64,000 nt of DNA from Camelus dromedarius (Eukaryota). The stretch lies in contig NC_087437.1 in NCBI RefSeq assembly GCF_036321535.1, positions 114,268,001 to 114,332,000 of the forward strand. The letters are read 5' to 3'. The position numbers and the translations under genes were made by a program. Under the pieces are notes generated by a model that saw nothing but the letters and a program-made list of their open reading frames with translations, searched no databases and had not been told where the DNA came from. The number at the start of each line of letters is the position of its first letter. Positions within the stretch are counted from its first letter, which is position 1. Of the stretch, positions 1 through 12,971 are shown piece by piece.

Positions 1-911
1 TAATTGATAAACAGTTGAAATAGTTTCAAAATCTAATAAGTGCACATTATGATCCAGCAAGGTTCAATGTGTTCTACTCAGAATAGAGAAATCCTTAACA
101 TTTTATTAGATATTCATAATATTGCCAGTTCATTAGAAGCATGTATTATCATACTTCATTCATCTATGGCTCAAAGTTTTGTTATCAACCCAAATATTTG
201 ACAGTCTTAAAGGTGAGAGCACTTGTGTGGCTAACCTTCCCTCTTGTGTGCACACAAAACTTCTGTAAGAAGTCTTGATCATTTCTTACAGTGCAAGCCA
301 GGTATAGCTTCTAATCTTTTGTCAGACCCAGCTGGAAAAATCCCACACTTGATGACTCAACTTTCCATCTCTGGTTGAAGAAAGTCAGGAGATCCAATCT
401 TTTCTTTTTCCAACATTTCAGTTTGTAAAGAAGAAGGACATGGCTTTTTCCACCCTGCAAGGCTCCCAGTTATGGGATGTGGTTGGTGTCACAGGGTACA
501 TTTGAACAAATGATGGGCCATTTCCATGAATCCACATATTATTGCTTTTCTACCAAGAAAGGAAAATACTGTAACGTTGACCACTTAATATTATAACACT
601 GACCATATCTAACTAAGCCATCGACCAGTTGCTGGGCATTTCATTGCCACAAACAACCTCAGAATAATAAAACCAAAAGCCAATTCAAATACAACCTCAA
701 GGAGAATGCTTTCAATTGAAAAGAATGAACATTTTTATCACCGTCATCACATATCACAAGATTTAGTTCTAAAGCCAGAATGACAACACTGGGGAGACAG
801 AGAGCACACTGCCACTCTGACACGTCCCCAGAACTGCGCTCCACATCGCATCAATCATCTTCAGTCAGCAGTCCCCACGGCTCCTTCTCAGCACCGCCCC
901 GTCAACCCCAG

Positions 912-2000
912 CGCAGCATTTAATGCTGGCAAGTGCACCTTCCTTCTGACTGCAGCCCCTTCTGGCTTTGGGGTTAACTCTTCCTGACCACTCTTTCATC
1001 TACCCATAACCAAATGCTACTGTTCACCAAGGAGCTTCCACCAACTTCTTCACAGTTTTTTAGGGGGAAGTCCATCACTGGTGTGATGATGACTCTGACA
1101 ACTCTCTACAGAGTTCCAGCACAAAATTTCCAGTTTCCAATTGTATGCTGTCCATCTTGCATTTTAAAATTTAAATACATTTCTTCCCCAACAGATTTCA
1201 CCAAAAAAATAAAAAAATCTGATCCCTTTTCCAAGTTCTCTTGGTTAATGTCACCATATATTATACCCATTCATTTGAATTTGAAATCTCATAACCATCT
1301 TTAACTCTCCTTTTATTCCTGTATCTAATTAGTCACCAGCTCCTGTCAGTTCTATGGTCTAAAAAAAAAGTCAAATCTTGATTATTTGAAGTTGAATTAA
1401 CCATGGTGAAGGCCGAGCAGTGACCTGGGACCCGTTTACCTCCCCAGCCGAGTGAAAGCACTCACTGTTGGCTGACTGATAAACTGGGAAGAATGAACCC
1501 AAAATGCAGAAGAGCTGCCTTTGATGTCAGCAGAGAAGAGAGACCAGAACTCCATTTGGCCTGCCTGTCTCAACCTCCTGCCTCCACCCCAGGTGGCAGT
1601 CTCTCCAAGACCTGATCAACCCCCAGAGTGGACACTCAGTATCCATCAGCTAAACACAAGCATGTCCCAGTTGTCTTCTGTGTCTTAGCCATAGTGGTGC
1701 CACCACTAGAAAATCAAGAATTGATGGTAGTTTTTGATCTAATTATAATTAGGAACTAATATCTTCTTCTTCACCATCAATTTCTCACAGTTAATGGAAT
1801 CTGGACCGTGATTCTAGAGTCATTCCTCTCCTTTATCACTACCATAGCCCCAGTTCAAATCTCCAGCATCTCTCCTCCAGATGATTGCATAGTCCTCCTT
1901 GCTTGCAGTCACTCTTCAATCCAATTCAGCCCCACCTTGAAATCCTTCTAAAATACACCCTACATCATATCACTCCTCTGCGGAAGCTTCAATGGTCAAC
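912..2000 (+). mobile_element. Fragmented L2 LINE (pieces at about 912-1370 and 1800-2000)
   Basis: L2-like motifs: cagcatttaatgctg..., agtcaccagctcctgtcagttcta, and catatcactcctctg...cttcaatgg. Confidence 0.55.
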
Positions 2001-2049
2001 TACAAAACATTGCTTAGATACCACTTACAATGCTAGTATTCCTACTATA

Positions 2050-2400
2050 GCAGGTTCTTGCTTATTCATAATCCATTTAGAGTAACACAAAAAACCTGAC
2101 AATAACTTAGAAGTCTACCAACAAGAGAATGTTAAATAAATTCTAGGACATCCAAGATCTGGAACACTAGGCAGTCCTTTGAAGGAATGAGATGGTGGCT
2201 AAGATATCCACCATATATGTGCCTATTTTTATGTTTTATAGGCAAATGAAAAATATGAGGAGAACACAAACCAAACAGTTAACCTAGAGCCACCACTGGG
2301 GGGTGAGATTGGAGGAGAAAGGAGGCATTTATTCTTATTTTATAAGCTTCCATGTTACCTAAATGTGTCAGAACAAGCTGACAAAGCCAATATAGGGTTT
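2050..2400 (+). mobile_element. Old L1 (L1ME-like) 3' fragment
   Basis: Degenerate L1M 3' motifs: aacaagagaatgttaaataaattctagg...gcagtcctttgaaggaatgag. Confidence 0.55.
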
Positions 2401-2514
2401 AAAAATACCTTTGTCATCTGAAGGCTTCATTTAGAAACTGTTCTCATTTTATTTTGATTTGGAGTAAATTGATATATATGTATATATATATATCCCCCTA
2501 AATTTTAACAATAT

Positions 2515-2625
2515 AATGTCCTCACTAGACTGCTAGACTGTGTTCTCATTGAAGGAAGAGTTTGATCCAATTCATCTTGTGTTTTTCCAGAATGCTTTGC
2601 ATAATGCCTGGCATGTGTTGGGAGA
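2515..2625 (+). mobile_element. L2 3' tail
   Basis: cactagactg...attcatcttgtg...ataatgcctggcatgtg is typical of the L2 3' end. Confidence 0.6.
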
Positions 2626-2626
2626 T

Positions 2627-2798
<172 letters not shown>

Positions 2799-4126
2799 CA
2801 CTACCAATTTCTCCCAGCTAATGGAACATGATGGAACCTGGACTGTGATTCTAGAATCATTCTTTTGCTGCTCTATAAAGGCCACGCATATGACTGTAGT
2901 TTTGCGTAGTTGCATATGAAAAATATATCTGCAACCCACTGAGAGAACAACCTGCATTTCATTATTTTGCTGACAACTCTGCCTTGCTCACTGCTGTGGG
3001 AACTCCAAATCACCAAGTGCTCCAAGAAGGACCAGAGTCGTTCGATAGGGAATGGATCATTATGTGTGAAAGGAGGGGCCCAGGCTGGCATCAACGCGCT
3101 CACGTGTGAGTCGGGGCCATTTCGGGATCAATGCAGCAGCAGAAAGCCGCTTTCTGTGAGGATGACGATGGGAAACTCAACCTCAGGCTGAGAGAGAGGG
3201 CCTCAGAATCTTTGAGAGGGAAGGAAACAAATTCCAAACCCCAGACCAGCTGGACTGGAAAGGGAGTGCTCATTTTATACACATGTCCCCAAAATCCCGC
3301 CCAGAGGGCAAGAAGCATGAGCTGGTGTTTAACTAACTATTTAAAATCTCATAGAGGCCAAAGGGGTGCCTCAGACAGGAACAAAGGAGAGCAAGCCTGG
3401 CCTTGGCCCGTGACAGCTGATTTCTCTCCCAGACCCCAGGTAACTGAAAGGCGGAAAGTCTGGAAACAGAATCGAACATGTCTAATCTCTTCTATAACAA
3501 TGTTCTTATTTTAACCTGTGTCATCAGGGGAAATGGCTGAAAATAGTGACAAATACAACATCAATAAACATAATAATAATTGATTTTCCAGAGATGAAAA
3601 ATTTGAAATTAGTGGCCATTTCCCCCCAGAGCTTTGGTTGATTAATTTAATGTTCATCTGAATCTTTCAAAGGTATCCTCTTTCTGCTGATCTGCTCCGC
3701 CACGCTTTGTGATGGGCTTTGTGGCCAGGACTCGGTGGCTGCAGTATATTGCACAGCGCTGCAGTTTTAAAGAGAACCCTGACTGGTGAAGGGTGGCTGC
3801 CGCCAACAGCAACAGCGAAGAAAATGAAGACACATAAAGCGAGTAAATTTCCAGAGACTGGGATTTCGGGGTTTTCACACAGGATATAAGTTTGATGACT
3901 GTGCTACGCACCATTTCTCTGACTTAAGTATTCAAGAAACAGATTTTGAGAGTTTCTACCTGTACTCCCCAGCGCACCCAACTTGCACTGAATTAATTCA
4001 GAAATTTCAGCACAAAGATGAGATTCAAGTGACTGTTTTCCTTGCTCCCTCCCTCCGTCCTTCCTTCCCTTTCTTCCTACATTTTCCCTTCTTCCCTCCC
4101 TTTTCTTCCCTCTTTTTTCCCCCCTT

Positions 4127-4485
4127 TGCTGTGATCTGAGTGTGTATGTCCCCCCAGATTCATATGTTGAAATCCTAATCTGCAAAGTGATAGCACTGAG
4201 AGGTCAGGCCTTTGGGAGGTGATCGGGTCACGAGGGTGGAGCCCTGGTGAATAGGATTAGCGCCTTTTTATGAGGGACCCCACAGAGCTCTCTGCCCCCT
4301 CCACCATGTGAGGTTGCAGAGAAAAGACCAAAGTCTAGGAAATGGACCTCATCAGACACTGAATCTACGGGCACCATGGCTTTGAACTTCCCAGCCTCCA
4401 GGAACTGTGAAAAATAAATCTTTGTTGTTTCTAAGCCACCCAGGTTCCAGCATTTTTGTTACAGCAACCTGAATGGACTAAGACA
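4127..4485 (+). mobile_element. MaLR solo LTR (MLT1A-like)
   Basis: TG...CA ends, ending gaatggactaagaca, with an internal AATAAA. Near-perfect 5-bp TSD ccctt/tcctt. Inserted in a pyrimidine-rich tract. Confidence 0.88.
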
Positions 4486-6233
4486 TCCTTCCTTCCTTCC
4501 TTTCTTTCCCTTCCCTATCTCCCTCTTTTTCTCCTTCCATTCTTCCTTCCCTTTATAACTCTAAAACAATGTCATAAAACCACCTTCAAATTATTTGAGG
4601 TTTAGCGTTCCTATTTACACTGGGGGACAAGCGGAATGAATAGCATTACTTCCTTTTTCACAGATGGGTAAAGTGAGACAGAGAGCCTTGGAGACTCTTC
4701 CCAGATTCTAGAGTAAGTGGAGAAGCAACCCCATAGGTTGCAGCTCCAGAGTCTGCACTGAGCACCCCCTGTCGGGGAGGACTCCAGCTGGCCTCACAGG
4801 TAAGAGCTCATCCTATAACCTGTCAGCACAGACCGACGCCTGCATGGAGCCACCCATCCGGGTGGGTGAGGCAGAAAGTCTGTGTCCACCTTCACCTCTT
4901 GTCCCTTCCCAAAGGTGACATTGCTCAGAAATACATACTTTATCATTCCGAACACAGAAGGGTAAACTGCCTTCCCTGTTCCTAGGGGCTAGGGATGGGC
5001 GCTTGCCTTTTATCAGATCTCTCCATCACCTACCTGCCCAGGTGAACCTAAACCTGGTGCCTTGGAAACGTGAGCTGTGTCCTGGCGCTGGCTGCTTGCT
5101 CCCTTGCCTCCAGGCTGCCCTTAGTAGTCATTGTAACCTGACCTCTAATGCCGCTGCTCCACAGTGTAATTCATCCCATTGGAACCCTGGGGCACCCTGC
5201 CTATGACCCTCGTTCCCTGCAAATCTACCAGAGCTGCCACCCCTTCCTAAATGCGCACACTTTGACCTACTCTCATCTTTCCTTCTGCCCCATCCCACAT
5301 CTAGCCTCCTAGCATTTATAATTTAGCATTTCCCAGCACAATTACCCATCTACAGCCTTAATTAAGGCAGTGTTATTCATCCCCAGTGCTTTCACAGAGG
5401 GAGATGAATTGGGGACTTGCATGAATGGAAATGAACTTCCCTTATGACACGTTGAACAGAATGTCTCTCCCTAAACAAGGGTCACAGTGAGATGGCAGCA
5501 CTGACAGTCACTAACAGGCCAAGCTCTCTAGGTCAGCGCAGCGTCAGGCATTGATAAAATATTCTATTAAGTAAATGAAATCGTTTTGCAGAAGGGAGGA
5601 AAAAAACCATCACTTGTAAACACTTAACAATGCATTTTGTAAACTTTCTTTCATTAAGATGTCTTTCCAAAATGTTTCAGAACAAAGAGAAGAAACCTTG
5701 ATTTCCTTTCCTAGGTTCTGCCTTTCGGAGCCATTGAGGCAGAGAGATGCTGGAAAAACGAGGACGTCATACAAACAGGGGAGGGCAGAGCTGGGGGAAT
5801 CTAGTTAGAGACACAACCTGTGTCAAAGTCATGGTCCCCAGGCACAGGCCCCATTTATAACCTGCTCTTTAACTTTGTTTATGTTTGTAGACATTCACAG
5901 AAGCATCTTATTTTCCAGAAGTTGGGGCCCTACAATCATTTCTTGTGTTTGCAGAAAATGAGATTATGTACCTTTAATTCCTCTTCTCAGAAAATCCACA
6001 CTGTAATACTTTGCTCTTCCCGGACCTTCTACCTCCCACGGCTTCCCCTTGGCCCCGGCCGCTATCAGCACAACCAACAAAGGTGGGAACTTTGATTTTT
6101 AACCTCAATCACAAACAGAAAGGGGATGCGAAGGTCCACCTTCGCATTTAGCTCCGGTGATTGAGAACCCTCAGCTTTCCTAGGAATGAGCACACGTTTC
6201 TGGAAGTGAATGTACACGTTCAGTTATCCGACT

Positions 6234-6772
6234 TGCTTTACTTTCCTTTGGCTGCCGTGACAAAGGACCACGGCTTGACAGGTCAAAGCAACAGAATCGC
6301 ATGGTTTCACAGCTCTGCCGGCAGAGTCCAAAGTCACGGTGTCAGCAGGTGGGTTCCTTCTGAGGGCCTTTCCTACATCGAAATTTCTCCTTTTAATCAG
6401 GACACCAGTAACTGGATTAGGGCCCACCCAAATGATGTCATTGTAACTTTGATGACCTCTGTAAAGACTCAACCTGCAGGGAGTGGGAGGCACAAACTAC
6501 TGGGTATAAGATAGGACACAAGGATGTATTATGCAACACGGGGAATAGAGCCAATATTTCATAATAACTGTAAATGGAGTGTCACTTTTAAAACCTGTAT
6601 AACAAATAATAAATTTTTAAAATGAAACAAATAAATATCCAATATGAATGAATGAAATTCATCCAGAATGAAAAGAAAAGACTCAATTTCCAAATAATGT
6701 CACATTTCTGAGGCCCTAAAGGTTAGAACTAAACACATGAATTTTAGGGCACTCAATTCAACCTCTAATACA
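6234..6772 (-). mobile_element. MaLR LTR (MLT1B/C-like), interrupted by an L1
   Basis: Antisense MLT1 motifs lie on both sides of the insert: gctgccgtgacaaa, aggacaccagt..ggattagggcccacc, tttccaaataatgtcacattt. Confidence 0.8.
6473..6676 (+). mobile_element. 5'-truncated L1 3' end (cetartiodactyl type)
   Basis: L1 3'UTR (aaactactgggtataagatagg...gccaatatttcataataactgtaaatgg) with an A-rich tail. Perfect TSD AAAGACTCAA at 6463-6472 and 6677-6686. Confidence 0.88.
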
Positions 6773-7124
6773 GCTTAAATAAGTTGTCCCCGATTCCAAA
6801 GAGAAATTGGTTTTTGGTAAAAAAGTGACCAGCAATCACACTGGATCTCTTGTCTAGCTCCAGTCTCCCACCCCAGCCCCATCTCTACACCACAGATCTA
6901 CAGAATTTCCAGCAGACGTTCCCCTCCCTTATTTGGAAACTGAGCTCCTGTGTGGCACCGTCACGACCATCAGGGGCAAGCCCATGGGGACAGATGCTGG
7001 GCTTCAGAAAAGGATCTCTCATAATAGGCCTTGGTCATAAGAGCCCATGGATGCCAACTGCCCACCTTAAGTCCCAGATCCAAATCCTTCATCAGCCGTT
7101 TTCATGGTTGAATTCAGACTCCAT

Positions 7125-7450
7125 CCATCCATCCATTCATTTATTCATTTGACAAAGACTTCCTCAGCATCTGCCATGTACAGGCACTGTGCTAAAATCT
7201 GGTAGCCTAAATGATGAAGACCCGTCTCAAGGAGCCCTCAGCAGGGTATGGAAGTCAGAGACAGGAGGCAGTCCAATACAAATGTAGTGACGGGGGGGTC
7301 TTTGGGTCCACAGAGCTGGTCATTCTGGTTAGACTGGGGAAGGCCCAAGAAGATTTACCAGGGAATGATGAATGTGGTCAAGTTCCAGTAAGATGTCTCC
7401 TCCTGCAGGTGTGGGCATGGCACAAAGCCAAGGAGAAAAGGAGTAGGAGA
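7125..7450 (-). mobile_element. L2 3' fragment
   Basis: cattcatttattcatttgacaaa...catgtacaggcactgtgcta is the antisense L2 tail. Confidence 0.65.
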
Positions 7451-7667
7451 GAGTGGTCCCAGAGACAGATATCATCAGGGTGGCAATGGAGACGAGGTCA
7501 GTGGTCCAGCCTTTCACCTCCCACTGCAACAGGCTTGGCCAGCCTCTTCCTTGCCAAGCCTCCTCTTTCCTTCTCCCCAGACAAAGGTTTCTCCTTCTGG
7601 CCGGCATACATTTATATTCTTCCTTATCCTCTGCCCCAAAGCTGTATCTCAAAATGTGCTTCCAAGA

Positions 7668-8143
7668 GTATTAGTTTCCTATGGTTGCTGCAACAAATTA
7701 AACTCAGTGACAACACAAATTTATTATTTTATAATTCTGGAGTTCAGAAGTCTGCATTGGGTCTCCCTGGGCCAAAATCACATTGTTGGCAGCGCTGCAT
7801 TCCTTCCGGAGTCTCTAGAAGAGAATGTTTCCTTGCCTTTTCCAGCTCTGGTGACTGCCTGCATTCCTTGGCCTGTGGCCCCTTCTTCCATTTTCAAAGA
7901 CAGCAGTACGGCATCTTCCAACCACTCCCTCTAACTCTGACTTCCTCCCTCCCATGTGATCACACTGGACCCATTCAGATAATCCGGGATAATCTCCCCA
8001 TCTCATGGTCATCTGATTAGCAACCTTAATTCCACCTGCAATCTTCATTCCCTTTTGCCATGTAATATAACATATTCACAGGTTCTGGGATTAGGGTGGG
8101 GACATCTAAGGCAGGATGGGGGGCATTATTCCGCCAGCTCTAC
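7668..8143 (-). mobile_element. MaLR solo LTR (MLT1D-like)
   Basis: gtattagtttcctatggttgctg...gataatccgggataatctccccatctca...ttcacaggttctgggattagg. Confidence 0.85.
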
Positions 8144-8637
8144 CAAGCAAGGACAAATCCCTTCCTATGAGAAATTCCACTGATGGTTGTTAGAAAAACA
8201 GGATTTCCATCACATTATGTAGGGACTGAAAAGTGTCCACCGGGTTTTTGAACAGAAAGAGGAACTGAGTAAGGGCAGTGTCAGAGCTCAGTGGGATAAC
8301 ATGTGGAGGAGGAGTCAAGGAATAAGAAAGTTAGTACAGGCAACTCTGTAAGGATAGCATCTGTTTGTAGGGCTGGTAAACATGCATTCATATCAGTGAG
8401 CAGAGCAAGCACCAGGGTGGGGTCACAACATCAGACTTAAAGCCTTAATTATAGACTTTGCATTCTCCAAGTCCAAGAAATCAGAATTCCTTGTTCCAAA
8501 GAGTCTCATCTCAGTCCATTCGCTAGTCAGTTTTCTGGAGAAGTCTGGCACAGGAAGTGCTGAGACAGTGATGCACTGCCCAGATGTCCTCCTAAGAAGG
8601 ACACTGCCCTTACTCTGGTCCTCCTTCTGTTTCCCCA

Positions 8638-9935
8638 GACTTCTGAAACTGCCACCTCCCATCTGCCCAAGTATAACACTAAATAAAAAAACAAACAAAC
8701 AAAAAAACACATACCAGGGGAGGATAGCAGGATTATTTCTATCCTCAAAGATCTAAAGGAAACAGGGGTTGTTGGCCCTTTCATATCTCCTTTTTTAATT
8801 GAAGTCTAGTCAGTTTACAATGCGGTGTCAAGTTCTGGTGCACAGCACACTGTTTCAGTCATACATATACTCCATTTCCTATTCTTTTTCATTACAGGTT
8901 ACTACAAGATATTGAATATAGTTCCCTGTGCTGTACAGTATAAATGTGTGTATCTATTTTATATATAGCAGTGTGTATCTGCAAATCTCGAGCTCCCAAT
9001 TTATCCCCTCCCACCCCTTTCCCTCTCTGGTAACCATAAATTTGTTTTCTACATCTGTGAGTCTGTTCCTGTTTTGTAAATAAGTTTATTTGTGTCTTTT
9101 TTAGATTTCACATATAAGTGCTATCATATGGTATTTTTCTTTCTCTTTCTAGATTACTTCACATAGTATGACCATCTCCAGGTCCATCCACATGACTGTA
9201 AAAGGCTTTACTTCATTCTTTTTGTGGCTGAGTAGTATTCCATTGTATATATACACCACATCTTCTTTATCCATTTATCTGTCAATGGACTTTTAGGTTG
9301 TTTCCATGTCTTGGCTATTGTGAATAGTGCTGCTGTGAACACTGGGGTGTATGTGTCTTTTCGAATTAGTGTTCCCTCTGGCATATCTCTTTTTAATTCA
9401 TCAATCTGGTCCCTGAAGAAGCCAGATGGATCCTGGAGGATGACAGCAGATTACTCAGACTCAACAAAGTAGTAGCCCCAAGTGCTGCTGCCACATCAGA
9501 CATGGGGTCTTTGTTGGGGAGATTAATAGGTCTCAGGGATATGCTATGTAGCCATGGAGTTGGTAAAGGTCTATCAGAAAAGAAAATCACAGACTGCATT
9601 CAAACTGAGAGAACGAAAATATTCTTTTACAGTTTTGCCTCAAGACTATGATACCTCTTCTACCTTCTGTCATAATAAAGTCTGAAGAGAGCTGGACATC
9701 TGAACATCCTACAGAACATCGTATTGACAGCATCATTCTAGTCTGGCCAGGTGAGCAAGCAGTACCTAGTACACCAGAGGCCTTAGTAAGATCCATGTGT
9801 TTCAGGGGATGAGAGATAAACTCTATGAAAAGTCAGAATTACTATATCAGTAAAAGTTTTAGTGGCCCAGGACATCCTATCCAAAGTAAAGGACAAAATA
9901 TTGCATCTCACATCTCGCACTACAAAGAAGGAAGC
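8638..9935 (+). mobile_element. ERV-L-type internal pol (reverse transcriptase) relic, split by an L1
   Basis: Manual translation gives ILKDLKETGVVGPFISP before the insert and FNSSIWSLKKPDGSWRMTADY...YSFTVLPQDY...FCHN...IDSIIL after it. These are class III ERV RT motifs. Stops and frameshifts are present and the YxDD motif is decayed. Confidence 0.88.
8790..9381 (-). mobile_element. Young 5'-truncated L1 3' end
   Basis: Antisense L1 3'UTR and ORF2 end (ttttaattgaagtctagtcagtttacaatg...ttccatgtcttggctattgtgaatagtgctgc). TSD core CATATCTC at 8782-8789 and 9382-9389. Confidence 0.92.
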
Positions 9936-10121
9936 CTAAAGTTGATTTTAAAGACTGACTTATGATAGATTCCACTAGCAATGATCACCCTGCCACAAGC
10001 AGCATAAATGACAGTAAGAATGCTAGGTTTTCTGTACACATAAATATTTGTTGAGACACTCAAAGGGTTATCAACAACAGAAGTGCACAAAAAACATAAA
10101 ATGTGATTATATTTCCAGGCA

Positions 10122-10651
10122 GTGTATCAGTTAGCTCTGCTGCATAACAAACCACACCAAAATTTAGTAGCTTAAAGCAACAACCACTTATTTAGCTTAT
10201 GATTCATTAGGTCAACAATTTAAGCTGGGCTCAGTTAGATGCGTCCCCTGACTTTGCCTGTGCTCACTCATGCATGTGTGCTTAGCTGCCATGTTAGCCA
10301 GAGACTGGCTAGTTTTGGATGGTCTCTGCTGAGATATCCTACCTTTGCTCCATGTGGTCACTCATCCTCCAACAGACAAACCTGGTTTTATCAACAGGGG
10401 ATCTGGGCAGGGTTCCAAGAAAGAATAGCCAGGTATGAGATATTTTGAGCTCTTGTTCTAGGCTCAGAGATGGCACACCTCACTTCTGCTGGGTTCTATT
10501 AGTTAAAGCAAGTCACAGAGCAGCCCAGATTCAAAAGTAGGAGAAACTGACTCTGACGCCACCCCTTAATGGGAGAGTTGCACAGTCTTGTTACAGGGAA
10601 CACAGATACGGGGACAAGTAAAGGACTGTGGCCATGTTTGCAATCTACCAT
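10122..10651 (-). mobile_element. MaLR LTR (MLT1G/H-like)
   Basis: gtatcagttagct..gctgcataacaaaccac...aaagcaagtcacagagcagcccagattcaa...tttgcaatctacca. Confidence 0.8.
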
Positions 10652-12011
10652 CTTCTAGATTCTGTATGGATTGACATTTGTTAGGGCTCCCAATGAAGAG
10701 AAGCTCCCAACAGAGTGAGGGGAAGTAGAAGCCTGATCAGACTTCTAGGCCAGTCATTTCAAGGCATGGAGCAGAAATCCCAAACAAATCTGATGTCCCT
10801 CACTGAAAACCCCAGCAGCACAAAGCCCTGACCTTTGCTCCTCTTTTCTCTAAACTCACTCTACCCTAGGATATGACCTCTCTGTGCCTCCTGCTCTCCT
10901 TAGAGTCAATTTAGAAATGACTCCATGACATCTGCCTTCAGAACAGAGAAAATTGGTAAACACACTGCAAGGGGTGGACAATTTATTCAAGCAAGATGGG
11001 AATGAATTCCTATAATTTACCTGGCACCCTCTTGCATGATTTGATCATAGTCTTTGTTTCAAAGAGGAAAAAAAAACAAGTAGTCTGAGTCATAAATGGC
11101 ATTAAAATGCTATTAAGTCTGCACTCACAAAGAAACAAAAAGAAAGGAGAAAATCCTAAAAATATTGAGGTAGGGAGCCAAATGTACCATATGTTCTCGG
11201 GAGTCTGATCTTGACAATGAATCTCGCAGACGGCTGTCAGAGTGAGCCAGGTGCTGGGGGGAATGAAGTGATAAGAAGGGTTTCATCACAGAATAACCAT
11301 GTATGAGCTTTCATTGTTCTCCTTAGAAAAGTGTCATTTAATGAAACAAAGCACAATTTCCTAAATCCCAAACCTGATTTTTATTTTTATTTGCAAAATT
11401 ATTTTCTCTGCTCTTTAACTTTTCCTGATTCTCCTTTTCCTCCCTTATTTTTCTTTGTTTCCTCCTCCATTAAGGAACAGGGGGTTTCAAGCTTTGCTTC
11501 CTTGTCAAGTCAAAGGGCCAAAGAATCAGAACTCATGGACCTTTTGGTTTCTCTCTTTCCACTTCAGGATATGATGAGGTCACATCGATTTGCAAGGTAG
11601 CGAAGTGCTTCATTACCTAATCGCAGCTCCAAGAACAGGAATTTGGAAGGAAAAAAGGAAGTAATTAGGCCTCTCCCTCTCCCTCCTAAAATACCTTTAA
11701 AATGTGGATTTAAGAAAACATATGCTCCAGAGTCAAACGGAAAGGGCAGAAAGAGCTTTTGGATTTCAAAACACCGTGGGCTTGGAGCTTGAAGGGAATT
11801 TCAAGAGACTAGAGCTATAAGCCAGTCTGACCCCCTAAATTAACCAGATCCCAGCCTGAGCTCAAGAAGATTTTCTCCCCAGTAGTCACCATGCTAAGGA
11901 CAATTCTTGGAAATAGTCAATAAGATGCTCTAAATTGAACTTGCTTTTATGAGCATTTATATTCAAAAAGAATACCCCTTCACCAAAAAAAAAAAAAAAA
12001 AAAAAAAAAAA

Positions 12012-12740
12012 GGGAGACAGTTTAGCACGGTAGTTAAGCACTCAGACCCAAGCCAGAGTTCCTGGGCGTGAACGCCAGCTCTGCTAGCATTATGGGTTGA
12101 ATCATGCCCACTCCCTGCCTCCCAAAATTCCTAGGTTGGAGTCCTAACCCCCTGACCCCTCAGAATGTCACCTTATTTGGAGATCTGGTTTTTACAGAGG
12201 TAATCAAGTTAAAATTACGTGATTAGGGTGGGCCTCAAGGAAATACAACCGGTGTCCTTATAACAAGGGGAAATTTGGACACACGGACGCACACACAGGG
12301 AAAATGACTCGTAAAGATGAAGGCAGAGATCGCGGTGGTGATTCTGCGCATCCAGGAACACCAGAGATGGTCAGCAGACCAGCAGACGCTCAGAGAGAGG
12401 CACAGAGCAGACTCTCCCTCACAGCCTCAGGGGGAAACAATCCTGCGGACGACTTGATCCTGGACTTCTGGATCTTGGACTCCAGAGCTGTGAGCCGATC
12501 CATTTCGGTTGTTTAAGCCACCTGGCTTGTGGTACTTTGTCACGGCAGCCCTATGTGCAAACGAATACACCCAGTTACCCTGTATTTGTGTGACTAGGCA
12601 AAGCTTCGGGCACACGGGGATGACAGGAACAGTGTCCAACTCGGATGGTCATTAGGAGGATTAAAGAAGGAACGTGTGCAAGTGCTTTGAATACAAGTGG
12701 ACACGAAGGAAAAGGAATATGAGTATTTGTTAAATAATTT
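12012..12740 (+). mobile_element. MIR SINE, interrupted by an MLT1 LTR
   Basis: MIR head (tagcacggtagttaagcac...ccagctctgc) lies before 12088. MIR tail (gaggattaaag...caagtgctt) lies after 12570. A long poly-A run precedes it at about 11985-12011. Confidence 0.6.
12088..12569 (+). mobile_element. MaLR solo LTR (MLT1C-like)
   Basis: ttatgggttgaat...cctcagaatgtcaccttatttggagat...gttgtttaagccacc...gcagccct..aaacgaataca. Confidence 0.85.
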
Positions 12741-12971
12741 TTTTTAAAAAATCAACATCTATACCAGTTATTATAGGAGTTATTCGTTAATTTGTCTGAC
12801 TTTGCAGCCAGTATAGTATTAGAGGAGAAATTTAAAAATCCTTTAGAGAGTCTAAATGCCATCACTTACTCTAAGCATGGCCAACAAATTGTTACAATTA
12901 GAGCTATGTTGTTTTCTTCGTTTTTCCTTCAATGGTGCGATCTGGTGGTACCCAGGGCCGTTAGGTTTCTA

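Noticed and set aside
7211..8020. Longest ORF in the track (269 aa)
   Set aside because: It runs through an L2 fragment and an antisense MLT1D LTR and resembles no protein I know; most likely a chance frame.
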